Counted from the first letter of the stretch, positions 21,800 through 31,714 are shown. The stretch is 64,000 nucleotides of DNA from Evtepia sp. (GCA_031553635.1 JAVBLH010000019.1:2639-66638), one strand, 5' to 3'. The notes: a model not told the origin generated them from the letters alone. Numbers and translations: made by a program.

Positions 21800-23155
21800 C
21801 TACTTCTCCCTAATGGGTGCCCCATTCCTGGCCCCCACCACCAGGCCCATCACCCGGTAGGGGGCCTGACGGAGGGGCATCGCCTCTTGCAGTCCGGAGC
21901 GCATATCCTTCACGGAAACCATGCCCTTTGCCACCTCGTCCTCCCCCAAAATGGCGAGGAAGGGGACTTTCATCCGATCGGCATAGGCCATGCGCGCCTT
22001 AAATTTTTTCGCCTCGGTGTAGATCTGTGTCCGCAGCCCGGCCTTTCTCATCTCCGTGGCCAGTGAGATGGCAAGGGAGGTGTCCTCCGTCATGGGCAGC
22101 ACCAGCACATCGCAGGGGGCGGTGAGAAGGCCCTCGTTGAGATAGCCCTGCTCCCCCAACACGTAAAACAGCCGGGTGAGGCCGATGGAGATGCCCACCC
22201 CGGGCAGCTTCCTGTCGGTATAGTAGCCCGCCAAGTCGTCGTAGCGCCCGCCGGAGCAGATGGAGCCTATCTCCGGGTGGTCTGTCATCTCCGTTTCATA
22301 CACGGTCCCGGTGTAGTAATCCAAGCCCCGGGCGATGGTCAAATCCACGGCAAAGTGGCGCTCAGGCACCCCGAAGCCCGAGAGGGCGGCGGTGACAGCC
22401 CGCAGCTCCGCAAGGCCCAGGTCGAAGATTTCACTACGGCCTGTATATTTATCCAGGGCGCTCAGCACCTCTTCATTACTCCCGGTAATCTGAGTAAAGG
22501 CCAGGATGGTGTCGGCGGCTTCTGTCGAGACCCCCTCATCTGTCAGCAGGGTCTTCACTTTTTCCGGGCCTATCTTGTCCAGCTTGTCCACAATACGCAT
22601 AATATCCCCGGATTTTTCACCCAGGGACAGGGTCTCGTAAAACCCGGTTAAGATCTTGCGGTTATTCACCCGAATGCGAAAGCGTGAAAGGCCCAGGGCG
22701 GTGAAGGCCTGGTAGATGATGGCGGGAATCTCCGCCTCGTTCATCACGTCTAAGGACCCGTCGCCAATCACGTCGATATCCGCCTGGTAAAACTCCCGAA
22801 AGCGGCCCCGCTGGGCCCGCTCGCCGCGATAGACCTTGCCGATCTGGTAGCGGCGGAAGGGGAAGCTCAGGTCGTTATAGTGGAGGGCCACATATTTGGC
22901 CAGGGGCACGGTGAGGTCAAAGCGCAAAGAGAGGTCGGCGTCGCCCTTAGTAAATCTGTAAATCTGCTTTTCCGTCTCCCCGCCGCCCTTGGCAAGTAAA
23001 ACTTCCGAGGCCTCGATGAGGGGGGTGTCCAGGGGGGTGAAGCCGTAGAGGGCGTAGGTTTCCTTGAGAAGGTCCACCATACGGTCGAAGAGGACTTGGC
23101 TTGGGGGCAACAGTTCCATAAACCCGGAGAGGGTCCGGGGCTTTAAGCGTTCCAT
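21800..23155 (-). CDS. hisS: Histidine--tRNA ligase
   Basis: LRFDLTVPLA, YRGERAQRGRFREFYQ, IARGLDYYTG, GGRYD; start at MERLKP. Confidence 0.96.
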   Translation of the reverse strand: MERLKPRTLSGFMELLPPSQVLFDRMVDLLKETYALYGFTPLDTPLIEASEVLLAKGGGETEKQIYRFTKGDADLSLRFDLTVPLAKYVALHYNDLSFPFRRYQIGKVYRGERAQRGRFREFYQADIDVIGDGSLDVMNEAEIPAIIYQAFTALGLSRFRIRVNNRKILTGFYETLSLGEKSGDIMRIVDKLDKIGPEKVKTLLTDEGVSTEAADTILAFTQITGSNEEVLSALDKYTGRSEIFDLGLAELRAVTAALSGFGVPERHFAVDLTIARGLDYYTGTVYETEMTDHPEIGSICSGGRYDDLAGYYTDRKLPGVGISIGLTRLFYVLGEQGYLNEGLLTAPCDVLVLPMTEDTSLAISLATEMRKAGLRTQIYTEAKKFKARMAYADRMKVPFLAILGEDEVAKGMVSVKDMRSGLQEAMPLRQAPYRVMGLVVGARNGAPIREK

Positions 23156-23226
23156 GGGGTTGGCTCCTTTCGGTTTTGTGCGCTGGGCCGCGCGTTCTTT
23201 GTGACACACCGGAAGACTGCAGCGAA

Positions 23227-23266
23227 ACCACCCCGCCCTATGGGCACCCCTCCACGGAGGGGAATT
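23227..23266 (+). repeat. Solo F1 arm A
   Basis: ACCACCCCGCCCTATGGGCACCCCTCCACGGAGGGGAATT. Confidence 0.88.
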
Positions 23267-23372
23267 TGCGTGGTGGCCGCCCACCGCCCTCTTTGCGCTT
23301 CGTACAAAGAACACGCCCTCGCCCAACACTGATGCAGGACGAAGGCGCGTGTCATCACACGGGGATCATTCG

Positions 23373-23789
23373 TCACACGGTAACGGGCTTCAGGGATGGG
23401 TTGACGATCTCCCGCCAATCCAGGTCACCCCGCTCTAAGCCGTGGATGAGAATTTCCGCTGTGGCCGCGTTGGTGGCGAAGGGGATGTTATATTGGTCGC
23501 ACATCTGGTTGATGTACTTCAGCTCCGCGTCCAGGTCGCTGGACTGGGGGTCAGAGAAGAAAAAGACCATGTCGATTTCGTTATAGGCGATTCTTGCGCC
23601 GATCTGCTGGCTGCCCCCGTGGGCATGGGAGAGGAAGAGCCGCACAGGCAGCCCCGTGGCCTCCGCCACCAAGCGGCCCGTGGTATTGGTGGCGCAAACG
23701 GTATGCTTGGAGAGCACCCCGCAGTAGGCAATGCAAAACTGCACCATCAATTCTTTCTTACGGTCGTGGCTCATCAGTGCTATGTTCAT
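23373..23789 (-). CDS. mgsA: Methylglyoxal synthase (family)
   Basis: MNIALMSHD.KK, ATNTTG, GGSQQIGA, IPFATN.ATAE. Confidence 0.88.
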   Translation of the reverse strand: MNIALMSHDRKKELMVQFCIAYCGVLSKHTVCATNTTGRLVAEATGLPVRLFLSHAHGGSQQIGARIAYNEIDMVFFFSDPQSSDLDAELKYINQMCDQYNIPFATNAATAEILIHGLERGDLDWREIVNPSLKPVTV

Positions 23790-23884
23790 ACAAAAATCAA
23801 CCCTCTCTCATCTTACTCTGCTGTGCTTGTGCGGTGTGAAGACTCTCTTACCATTTCTACTTACTGACTCACAAAATTGTTCCA

Positions 23885-24619
23885 TCAAAGTTTTAATAGG
23901 GGCACTCTCTCCCCCACAAGGCGCCGCGCGATATTCTCAAAGGCCAAAGCCGCGCCCGCGTGGTTATAAAGGCCCAGGGCGCTGCCGCCGCTGGCCGTCA
24001 GCAAAACCTGGGGGTCTTCGGGCACCAGGCCCAAAAGGGGACAGCCCACAAAGTCCATCACCTCATCCACCGTGATGCCAAGGCGGGAAAAAAGCTTCGC
24101 CGTGACACGGTTCACCACCAGCTGCACCAGGGGAATATGCCCCAAGTGGGTCACCACCCGCTGGGCGTCTCGCTGGGCTGAGGGGTCCCCCAAGAGCACC
24201 ACCACAGCCCTGTCCGCCCCGCAGACGGAAAGCTGAAATCCCGCCCCCAGCCCCGCCGGGGAGTCCATGAGGATGTAGTCATACGAGGCCTTGGCCTCTT
24301 CTAAAAGGGCACGAAAGGCCTCCATGGGGGGCGGCCCCTCCTCTAAGTGCAGGGGCGCGGTAAGTAGGGACAGCCGAGGGATAGAAGGATGGGAAACGGC
24401 GGCCTTTTCCAGGGAGCAGTTCCCCTCCAGCACGTCCATAAAATCCATCAGCACCGCGTCTGCCATGCCCAGGGAGATATCTAAGTTGCGCAGGCCCACA
24501 TCCCCGTCGATACAGAGGGTTTTGTGACCCAGCTTGGAAAGGGCCACACCCACGCCGCCGGTGAGGGAGGTTTTTCCAGTTCCGCCCTTTCCCGAGGTAA
24601 AGACAATTACAGTACCCAT
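23885..24619 (-). CDS. minD: Septum site-determining protein MinD (MinD/ParA ATPase)
   Basis: SGKGGTGKTS, DGDVGLRNLD, DSPAG. Confidence 0.85.
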   Translation of the reverse strand: MGTVIVFTSGKGGTGKTSLTGGVGVALSKLGHKTLCIDGDVGLRNLDISLGMADAVLMDFMDVLEGNCSLEKAAVSHPSIPRLSLLTAPLHLEEGPPPMEAFRALLEEAKASYDYILMDSPAGLGAGFQLSVCGADRAVVVLLGDPSAQRDAQRVVTHLGHIPLVQLVVNRVTAKLFSRLGITVDEVMDFVGCPLLGLVPEDPQVLLTASGGSALGLYNHAGAALAFENIARRLVGERVPLLKL

Positions 24620-24694
24620 GCGGAGCCTCCTGTCAGTTCTTGCCCATCATATCATAAACCAACAAAAGAATCAAGCCCATTTTGTGCAAAGCTA

Positions 24695-25417
24695 CTAAAT
24701 TTTTGCCCCCTTGATTTTCGCCCACTTTCGCGGATAGCCCTCCGGGGTAGGAGAAATTTTGGAAACCCACACCAGCCGCCGGGCCGCTCCCGAGAGGGGA
24801 AGCGCATAGTCCCTGGCCTGGGGGGCTCCGCCGCCGAGCTTCTCTATCATGGCCCCGGCGGCCTCCAGCTCCTGGGTGTCCCCCCCGGCCTTCATGGCCA
24901 AAAAGACCCCCCCGGGCTTCACGTAGGGAAGGCACAGCTCCGCCAGCTGCGGCAGCGAGGCCACCGCCCGGGCCGTGGCCACATCGAAGGCGTCCCGCAG
25001 GCCCTCTTCCCGGCCCCCTTCCTCCGCCCGTCTGTGGAGGAGGGTGACGCCCTCCAGCTCCAAGGCCCCGCAGACCGTCTCCAGCCAAAAAAGGCGCTTT
25101 TGCAGGCTGTCTAAGAGGGTGAGCTGAAGGGTAGGCTCCAGGATTTTCAGGACAATCCCCGGAAAGCCCGCCCCGGTGCCCACGTCGATGAGGCTTTTCC
25201 CCGCCAGGGGCTCCATGGATAACAGGGCGGCAGAGTCGATAAAGTGGAGCTTTGCCACCTCCAGGGGCTGGGTAATGGCCGTGAGGTTCATCACCCGGTT
25301 TTGGGCCAGGAGCAGCTCCCCGTAGGTTAAAAGCTGCTCTGTTTGCCGGGGGGTGACCGCAAGGCCCAGGGCGGAGAAGCCCGCCTCTAGGGCCATTCGC
25401 ACTTCCGCGCTTCTCAT
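24695..25417 (-). CDS. rsmG: 16S rRNA m7G527 methyltransferase RsmG
   Basis: NLTAI, HFIDS, DVGTGAGFPG, RAEE, ARAVA. Confidence 0.95.
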   Translation of the reverse strand: MRSAEVRMALEAGFSALGLAVTPRQTEQLLTYGELLLAQNRVMNLTAITQPLEVAKLHFIDSAALLSMEPLAGKSLIDVGTGAGFPGIVLKILEPTLQLTLLDSLQKRLFWLETVCGALELEGVTLLHRRAEEGGREEGLRDAFDVATARAVASLPQLAELCLPYVKPGGVFLAMKAGGDTQELEAAGAMIEKLGGGAPQARDYALPLSGAARRLVWVSKISPTPEGYPRKWAKIKGAKI

Positions 25418-25421
25418 GGCC

Positions 25422-25709
25422 TCACCACGCGAAAATCTTGCCCGTGGCGATGGAGTAGGCGTACACCAGGGTGAGTATCACCATGGCGATGACTCCCACC
25501 CAGGCCCAGAGGCGCTTGGAGGGGGGGGTGTCGCTTTGGTAAGGGGTTTTGGGGTCGTAGGGCAGGCCCTTCCGGTTTCCCAGGGCCCCTTCCGGCAGGC
25601 TTTCCTGGTTCAGGCCGCCCAGGGCTTCGTCCAGGGTCTGGTTCTCCTCCTGGGTCTTTTCCGGGGGTTCCCACTGGGGCGGCAGCATGCCCTTTTCTTT
25701 CTTATCCAT
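25422..25709 (-). CDS. Hypothetical small protein with C-terminal TM helix
   Basis: ORF tightly packed between mscL and rsmG; hydrophobic WAWVGVIAMVILTLVYAY. Confidence 0.6.
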   Translation of the reverse strand: MDKKEKGMLPPQWEPPEKTQEENQTLDEALGGLNQESLPEGALGNRKGLPYDPKTPYQSDTPPSKRLWAWVGVIAMVILTLVYAYSIATGKIFAW

Positions 25710-26196
25710 GCTTTCCATCCTTTAACAGGTCGCGGATTTCCGTCAGGAGGAGGATGTCCGCGGCGGGGGCTTCGGGGGCCGCTTCTTGGGCTGCGGCTTC
25801 CTCCACTGCCTTGGCCTTTTTCAAAGCCTCGGCCTTCTCCCTGGCCCGGTTCATAAACTTCACCACCAGGAACACGGCAAATGCGATGAGGATAAAGTCC
25901 ACAATGGCGGCTAAAAAGCTGCCTATGCCCATGGTGACGGCGGGGGTGATGGTGTTCACCGTGCCGTCGGCCAGCACCTCGGTAACCGCCTGGCGCAGGG
26001 TGATATTCAGCTTGGCAAAGTCCATGGAGCCGAAGATGAAGCCGAAAAGGGGCATGAACACATCGTTCACCAGGGAGGTGGTGATCTTGCCAAAGGCCGT
26101 GGCGATGATGACGCCCACAGCCATGTCCATCACGTTACCGCGGGAGGCAAACTCCTGAAATTCCTTCAAAAATCCTTTTTTCTTACCATCTGACAT
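25702..26196 (-). CDS. mscL: Large-conductance mechanosensitive channel
   Basis: EFQEFASRGNVMDMAVGVIIATAF, LLTEIRDLL. Confidence 0.95.
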   Translation of the reverse strand: MSDGKKKGFLKEFQEFASRGNVMDMAVGVIIATAFGKITTSLVNDVFMPLFGFIFGSMDFAKLNITLRQAVTEVLADGTVNTITPAVTMGIGSFLAAIVDFILIAFAVFLVVKFMNRAREKAEALKKAKAVEEAAAQEAAPEAPAADILLLTEIRDLLKDGKHG

Positions 26197-26237
26197 GAGA
26201 CAGCTTCCTTTCGTATCAATAAGTTATGGGTAGCGCC

Positions 26238-26561
26238 TTAGTCCCCTTGGGTATTTTGAGGGTCTTCCTGGGCCGAGGATGGGGCCTGGGGCGGGGTTCC
26301 TGTATCCGAAAACTTTGAAATCCATGCCAGGGCCAGCCAGACGCCCAGGAGGAAAACCGCCTCGGCAATCAGCAGCCGCAGCATGAACATAAAGGCATAA
26401 AAGCCCACGGTAAACAGGTAAAACAGGAAGTAGCAGACAAAGGCTATGGCGGAAAGACAGGCGGCGGCTACCAGGATGCCCGCGGCCACCTCCAGGGCCA
26501 CGCCCCGGGCGAGGAAGGCCCTGATTCGGGCCATTCCGGTTAAATTGTTACTGGTATTCAT
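26238..26561 (-). CDS. Hypothetical membrane protein
   Basis: GAGGTG RBS before MNTSNN; long hydrophobic stretch. Confidence 0.55.
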   Translation of the reverse strand: MNTSNNLTGMARIRAFLARGVALEVAAGILVAAACLSAIAFVCYFLFYLFTVGFYAFMFMLRLLIAEAVFLLGVWLALAWISKFSDTGTPPQAPSSAQEDPQNTQGD

Positions 26562-26612
26562 GGGATGCACCTCTTTCTTTAGGAGGGGGGTGGAAGGAAC
26601 ATTGCGGGGGAA

Positions 26613-26734
26613 ACCACCCCGCCCTTTGGGCACCCCTCCATAGAGGGGAATTGGGGTGGGGGGGAGCCAAAGCGCTCTCCCTTCTCTCGTACCATTCCCC
26701 TCCGTGGAGGGGTGGCACGCAGTGACGGGGTGGT
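26613..26734 (+). repeat. F1 hairpin repeat with a divergent spacer
   Basis: Both arms intact. Confidence 0.88.
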
Positions 26735-26890
26735 TCCGCTTTCCCAGGCGGCTTCTAGAGGCCTTACAGCTTTCCGGGGGTTGTCACGCGCCGGCCCCTC
26801 CTTGACCGGATAATTAGCCCTGCCACATCGCGCCAAACAGAAAAACCCTGTTTTTCTTGGTTTGTCACGCTGCTCTGGTCTAATTTCCGG

Positions 26891-28189
26891 TCACCGGGGC
26901 CTCTGCGCTTCGATAATTTCCAGCCCACCTAAATACTTGCGCAAAACCTCAGGGATGACCACGCTGCCGTCTTTTCTCTGGTTCTGCTCCACCATGGCGG
27001 GGAAGATGCGGCTGGTGGCAAGGCCCGAGCCGTTGAGGGTGTGGAGGAGCTCGGGCCTTCCCGTCTCCTCACGTCTAAAGCGGATGTTGCCCCTTCTGGC
27101 CTGGTAGTCCCGGGCGTTGGACACCGAGGAGACCTCTTTATAGCCGTTCATGGAGGGGATGAGGATCTCGATGTCATAGGTTCTGGCCATGGAGGCGGAG
27201 CAGTCCCCGGCGGCTAATTTCACGGTTCTAAAGTGGAAGCCCAGGTCACGAACTAAGGCCTCGGCCTTGCCTACCAGCTCATGGAAGGCGGCGTCGGAGT
27301 CCTCGGGTTTGGTGTACTGCACCATTTCCACCTTGTTAAACTGATGGCCTCTTACCATGCCCCGCTCGTCGGAACGATAGGACCCGGCCTCGCGACGGAA
27401 GCAGGGGGTGTAGCTGATATATTTTCTGGGCAGGTCGGCTTCCGTTAAGATCTCGTCCCGATGGAGGGACACCAGAGCCGTCTCCGCCGTGGGCAGCATG
27501 AAGTGCATCCTATCGTCGGTGGGATTGGCGATTTTATACACCTCGTCGGCAAATTTAGGGAACTGGCCCGCCGTTTCGCCGCACTGGTACTCCAGCATGT
27601 GGGGCAGCAGCACCAATTCGTAACCGTCCCCCAAGTGGGTGTCGATGAAGTAGTTCAGAAGCGCCCACTCCAGCCGGGAGCCCAGGCCGCGGTAGACCCA
27701 GAAGCCGGAGCCCGCCAGTTTCGTCCCCCGGCTGTAGTCGATGAGGCCCAGGTCGGTGCAGAGGTCCACGTGGTGCTTGGGCGCAAAGTCGAAGACTCTG
27801 GCCTCGCCGTGGTAGCGGATGGCCTCGTTTGCCTCCTTGCCGCCGGGCTTTAGGTCCTCATCTGGCAGGTTGGGCAGGGAGAGCATCAGGTTGCGGTATT
27901 CCGCCTCGATCTCCCGGAGCTTTTCGTCGTTTTGGGCGATGGCGGCTTTTAACTGGGTCATTTTTTCAAAGATGGCGGTGGTGTCCTGGCCGGCCTTCTT
28001 CATCTGGGGGATTTCTTTCGAAACCTTGTTCTGCTCGGCCTTTTGGGTCTCCGTTTCGAAGATCAGGTCCCGGCGAAGGGCGTCCAGCTCCAGGACGCGA
28101 GCAAGCTCCTCCTGGCAGTGGATTTCCTTGGCCAGAAAGCCTTCCTTCACCTTTTCGGGGTTTTCTTTGATGCGTTTGATGTCTAACAT
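26891..28189 (-). CDS. serS: Serine--tRNA ligase
   Basis: MLDIKRI, LPTAET, FRREAGS, RGHQFNKVEMV, EVSSVSN, HTLNGSGLA. Confidence 0.97.
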   Translation of the reverse strand: MLDIKRIKENPEKVKEGFLAKEIHCQEELARVLELDALRRDLIFETETQKAEQNKVSKEIPQMKKAGQDTTAIFEKMTQLKAAIAQNDEKLREIEAEYRNLMLSLPNLPDEDLKPGGKEANEAIRYHGEARVFDFAPKHHVDLCTDLGLIDYSRGTKLAGSGFWVYRGLGSRLEWALLNYFIDTHLGDGYELVLLPHMLEYQCGETAGQFPKFADEVYKIANPTDDRMHFMLPTAETALVSLHRDEILTEADLPRKYISYTPCFRREAGSYRSDERGMVRGHQFNKVEMVQYTKPEDSDAAFHELVGKAEALVRDLGFHFRTVKLAAGDCSASMARTYDIEILIPSMNGYKEVSSVSNARDYQARRGNIRFRREETGRPELLHTLNGSGLATSRIFPAMVEQNQRKDGSVVIPEVLRKYLGGLEIIEAQRPR

Positions 28190-28408
28190 GTTATTTTTCA
28201 CCTCTAAAGTGGATTTTTTATGATTTTACCATCATGGTAGATGGGGTTTTTGTTCTGCCATGCTGGTAGGCGTTTGGTTTGTACCGTCCTGGCAGGACGG
28301 GCGAGCTTGTCTCTTCAGACGGAACGATGTGTCACTTTCTCTTTCGGACAGAGTGTCCGGGGCTTTTGTTGTGGTTCTCTTTTTGGTGTATGGGTGACTG
28401 AGGTAGTC

Positions 28409-28540
28409 ACCACCCCGCCCTTTGGGCACCCCTCCACAGGAGGGGAATTAGGACGGGGGCTTCGGGTTGGGGTTTCCACAGCCTCACAGTAGTACACAAT
28501 TCCCCTCCTGTGGAGGGGTGGCACGCAGTGACGGGGTGGT
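28409..28540 (+). repeat. F1 hairpin repeat, A-spacer-B
   Basis: Both arms intact. Confidence 0.92.
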
Positions 28541-28692
28541 TATCCAGGCAACGCAGCGCGCCCAGGGCTTGGTGTTTCTTTGCCCGAGAACCACAAAAAC
28601 AAAAGGACCACCCACCAAAGTGTAAGAAAGTGGGCGCTGGAAACAACGGGGCCCCACACGTTTAGGCGGAGCGAAGCGCAGCCTTTCACCCC

Positions 28693-28840
28693 GGGGTCCA
28701 GAGGCCGAGGCCCTTGGCGCTCTTTCCTCCATTTCTCGCGGGAGAAATGGAGTCCTATCCGGATAGGATGCCCCTTCTTCAAGGTGGCTTCGCATCATCT
28801 GATCAAACTGTCCACTGGACAGTTTGACGGCGAGGACAAA
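28693..28840. repeat. ~150-bp dispersed module containing the 53-bp F3 hairpin; inverted copy at ~43084-43230
   Basis: Reverse-complement alignment by eye (CTCCATTTCTC..GAGAAATGGAG and TCAAACTGTCCA-N-TGGACAGTTTGA). Confidence 0.85.
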
Positions 28841-28895
28841 AAGGCAGCAGGCCCTTTGCCTGTAAAGCCAGAAAGGAACAAGGCCCGGCCTTAAC

Positions 28896-29666
28896 CTACC
28901 CAAGCGCTGCCTTCAGCACATCATACAGCGCCCTGGGCGGCGTACCCCCCGGTATCGCCGACTTCTCCGGCAGGCTCTGCCCCAGCCCCGTGGCCTCAAA
29001 GGTCTTGAACATGGCCCTGGCCTCGGTGGCCCGGCCGGAGGTGTAGAGTATCCGTATCTCCACCAGCCACTCCATGGCTTGGAGGGTATCCTTTGTCCCC
29101 TTGGCCTCAGCTGCCGACTTTTCCTTCTCCTCTATGGCCTTGTCCCGGGCGGCTTCGGTGACGGCGAGCTGCCCCTTAACCGCCTCCAATTCCTTTTGCA
29201 GGTCCTCCACCTGGAAGGTCAGCTCCACCATTTTCTGGGTGGTGAGGGCCGAGGTGGATATCCCCGCCATTAAATCGTCGTGGTTGCGCTGCTGCATGAT
29301 GGCGGAGAAGAGGAGCAACACAATGGCCACTGCGAAAAGCACCACCAAATACCGGGCCGCCCCCTGGCCCACCGCCTGGCGCTTGCCCTGGGGCGGGGTG
29401 GGGGGGATGACGGCCTTCACCGCCTGGGCGGCCTGCTTCACCGTCTCTTTCGCGCCCTGGTGGGGCTTCTCCTCTGTTGCGAGGGGCTTCTCCTCCGCAG
29501 AGCTTGCCTCCGCCGCCGTCGGGGCAGGGGCCTGGTCTTGGGCCTGGTCTTCCCCCAAAGCCTGGGGTGGTTCCGGGACCTGCTCCTGGTCTGTCAGGGG
29601 GGCTGTCTCTTCCAAAATCTCTTGAATTTCAACGGGTTCCCCGCCGAACTCCTTCTCCGTATTCAC
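28896..29666 (-). CDS. Hypothetical membrane-anchored coiled-coil protein
   Basis: Acidic/Pro-rich N-terminus, one TM, heptad-like region; GTG start overlaps parB stop. Confidence 0.7.
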   Translation of the reverse strand: MNTEKEFGGEPVEIQEILEETAPLTDQEQVPEPPQALGEDQAQDQAPAPTAAEASSAEEKPLATEEKPHQGAKETVKQAAQAVKAVIPPTPPQGKRQAVGQGAARYLVVLFAVAIVLLLFSAIMQQRNHDDLMAGISTSALTTQKMVELTFQVEDLQKELEAVKGQLAVTEAARDKAIEEKEKSAAEAKGTKDTLQAMEWLVEIRILYTSGRATEARAMFKTFEATGLGQSLPEKSAIPGGTPPRALYDVLKAALG

Positions 29667-30553
29667 GAGCCCCGCCTCCTTTCCTCCACCCGTTCCAGGG
29701 CGGCGAGGAGGGCGTCTAGGTCGTCCTGACCGTAGTATTCCAGCTCGATTTTCCCCCGTCTGCGGCCATGGGCGATCTTCACCCGGCGGCCTAAGCGGGA
29801 ACCCAAGTTCTCCTCCGCCTCCCGCAGATAGAGCCCCAGGGGTGATTCTTCGGTCTTCTTGGCCTCCTTAGGCTCCGCCAAAAGGGCCTTCACCTGGGCC
29901 TCGGTCTCCCGGACGGAGAGCTCTAAGCGGAGAATTTTTTCCGAAAGGCTCAGCTGTAGGGCGGCAGGGAGGGGTAAGAGCGCCCGGCCGTGGCCCGCCG
30001 AAAGCGTCCCCTGCTCTAAGAGCCACTGAATCTCCTGGGGCAGGGAAAGCAGGCGCATGGTGTTGGCGATGGCGGGGCGGGACTTGCCCACCCGGGTGGC
30101 CGCCTCCTCCTGGGTGAGGCCGAACTCCTCCACCAGGGTGCGAAAGCCCGCCGCCTCCTCCATGGGGTTTAAGTCCTCCCGCTGGAGGTTTTCGATGAGG
30201 CCGATCTCCATCACCTGCTTGTCGTCGGCCTCGATGACGTTGACGGGGATCTGCGAGAGGCCCGCCATGCGGGAGGCCCGCCAGCGCCGCTCTCCGGCGA
30301 TGATCTGGTAATAGCCCGAGGGCAGCCGCCGCACGGTGATGGGCTGGAGAAGGCCGTGGATGCGGATGGAGCCCGCCAATTCCTCCAGGGCCTCTTGGTC
30401 AAAGTGTTTTCTGGGCTGATTCAGGCCCGGCTCCACCTGGGAGATGGGCAGCAAAACGGCACCGGTTTCGGCGCTGTCGTCCCTGGTGGCGGCGTCGCCC
30501 AGGAGGGCGCCCAGGCCTTTCCCCAGGCCGCGTTGTGAGCGATCAGAGGGCAT
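29663..30553 (-). CDS. parB: Chromosome partitioning protein ParB/Spo0J
   Basis: QPRKHF, GLLQPITVR, IIAGERRWRA, ENLQREDLNPMEEA, KSRPAIANTMRLL. Confidence 0.95.
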   Translation of the reverse strand: MPSDRSQRGLGKGLGALLGDAATRDDSAETGAVLLPISQVEPGLNQPRKHFDQEALEELAGSIRIHGLLQPITVRRLPSGYYQIIAGERRWRASRMAGLSQIPVNVIEADDKQVMEIGLIENLQREDLNPMEEAAGFRTLVEEFGLTQEEAATRVGKSRPAIANTMRLLSLPQEIQWLLEQGTLSAGHGRALLPLPAALQLSLSEKILRLELSVRETEAQVKALLAEPKEAKKTEESPLGLYLREAEENLGSRLGRRVKIAHGRRRGKIELEYYGQDDLDALLAALERVEERRRGS

Positions 30554-31355
30554 GTTCTAACTTCCTTTCTTGTGGGCTGCACTGGCCCAAGGGGTTCAGG
30601 GCCAACACTTCTGCCGCCAGGCGGCGGTAGGCCTCTGCCCCACGGGAGGCGGAATCGTACCGAGTCACGGGCTTTCCGTGGCTGGGGGCCTCGGCCAGGC
30701 GGATGTTGCGGGGAATCACAGAGGCAAAGACTTTTCCGGGGAAGTGCCGCTTCACCTCGTCGGCCACCTGGAGGGAAAAATTGGTGCGTCCGTCGTACAT
30801 GGTGAGGCAAACCCCCTCCAACACCAGGGCGGGGTTTAGGCTGCGCTTGACGATGCGCACGGTGGTGAGTAGGTCCGAAAGCCCCTCCAGGGCAAAGTAT
30901 TCGCACTGGACGGGAATCAGCAGGCTATCCGCCGCGCAGAGGCAGTTGAGGGTTAAGAGCTCCAGGGAGGGGGGGCAGTCGATGAGGATAAAGTCGTAGT
31001 CCCCCCGCAGCTTTTGCAGCACGTGCTTTAATAAGTACTCCCGTTCCGCCATGGCGATGAGCTCCACCGTGGCCCCCGCCAGGCTCTTGTTGGAGGGCAG
31101 CAGGTCGCCGTCGGGGGTGTGGATTACGGCCTTTTGGGGGTCTTCGTCCCCGGTAATCAGGTCGTACACGCTCCTTGGCACCTCCTGCTTGGAAACCCCC
31201 AGGCCCGAGGTGGCGTTGCCTTGGGGGTCAAAGTCGCAGACCAGCACCTTTGCGCCCAGCTCGGTGAGGCAGGCGGCGAGGTTCACGCAGGTGGTGGTTT
31301 TGCCCACCCCGCCTTTCTGGTTCACCAGGGCGATGATTTTAGCCAAAAGCGGCAC
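30543..31355 (-). CDS. parA: ParA/Soj ATPase
   Basis: NQKGGVGKTTT, DPQGNATSG, DCPPSL, QCEYFALEGL; start may be TTG at 31346. Confidence 0.95.
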   Translation of the reverse strand: MPLLAKIIALVNQKGGVGKTTTCVNLAACLTELGAKVLVCDFDPQGNATSGLGVSKQEVPRSVYDLITGDEDPQKAVIHTPDGDLLPSNKSLAGATVELIAMAEREYLLKHVLQKLRGDYDFILIDCPPSLELLTLNCLCAADSLLIPVQCEYFALEGLSDLLTTVRIVKRSLNPALVLEGVCLTMYDGRTNFSLQVADEVKRHFPGKVFASVIPRNIRLAEAPSHGKPVTRYDSASRGAEAYRRLAAEVLALNPLGQCSPQERKLEHAL

Positions 31356-31526
31356 CTTCTTTCTGATAAGGGCTTTGCTTACACCCTATGATATCATAAA
31401 CGCGAATCGCGTTGATATCATTGCCCTGTGCCGCAGCCTTGCGGCAGGGCTAAGATGATTCTAATATAATGGCCCTAGGGCTATTATATCCTATCAATGA
31501 GGTTTTGAAAACCCTTTCGCGGGAAT

Positions 31527-31542
31527 TGTTTCACGTGAAACA
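31527..31542. promoter_or_regulatory. parS site
   Basis: Perfect TGTTTCACGTGAAACA. Confidence 0.93.
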
Positions 31543-31667
31543 TTGAGAATTTTTATGGGTTGCCATCCTGGTGGGCCTCTATGATTGACCGCCTCCCAGG
31601 ACGGCACAAAAACCAAATGCCTCCTACCAGGATAGCCGCCCATAAAAAACCCCCACTCAATGGGAGT

Positions 31668-31683
31668 TGTTTCACGTGAAACA
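31668..31683. promoter_or_regulatory. parS site
   Basis: Perfect TGTTTCACGTGAAACA. Confidence 0.93.
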
Positions 31684-31714
31684 TTCCCATCAAGCGGGGC
31701 TTATTCAAAACCTC

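Noticed and set aside
23156-23372. T-box leaders for hisS, aspS, proS or serS
   Set aside because: No GGTGGNACCGCG T-box found upstream of any of them; the spacers are occupied by repeats or are very short.
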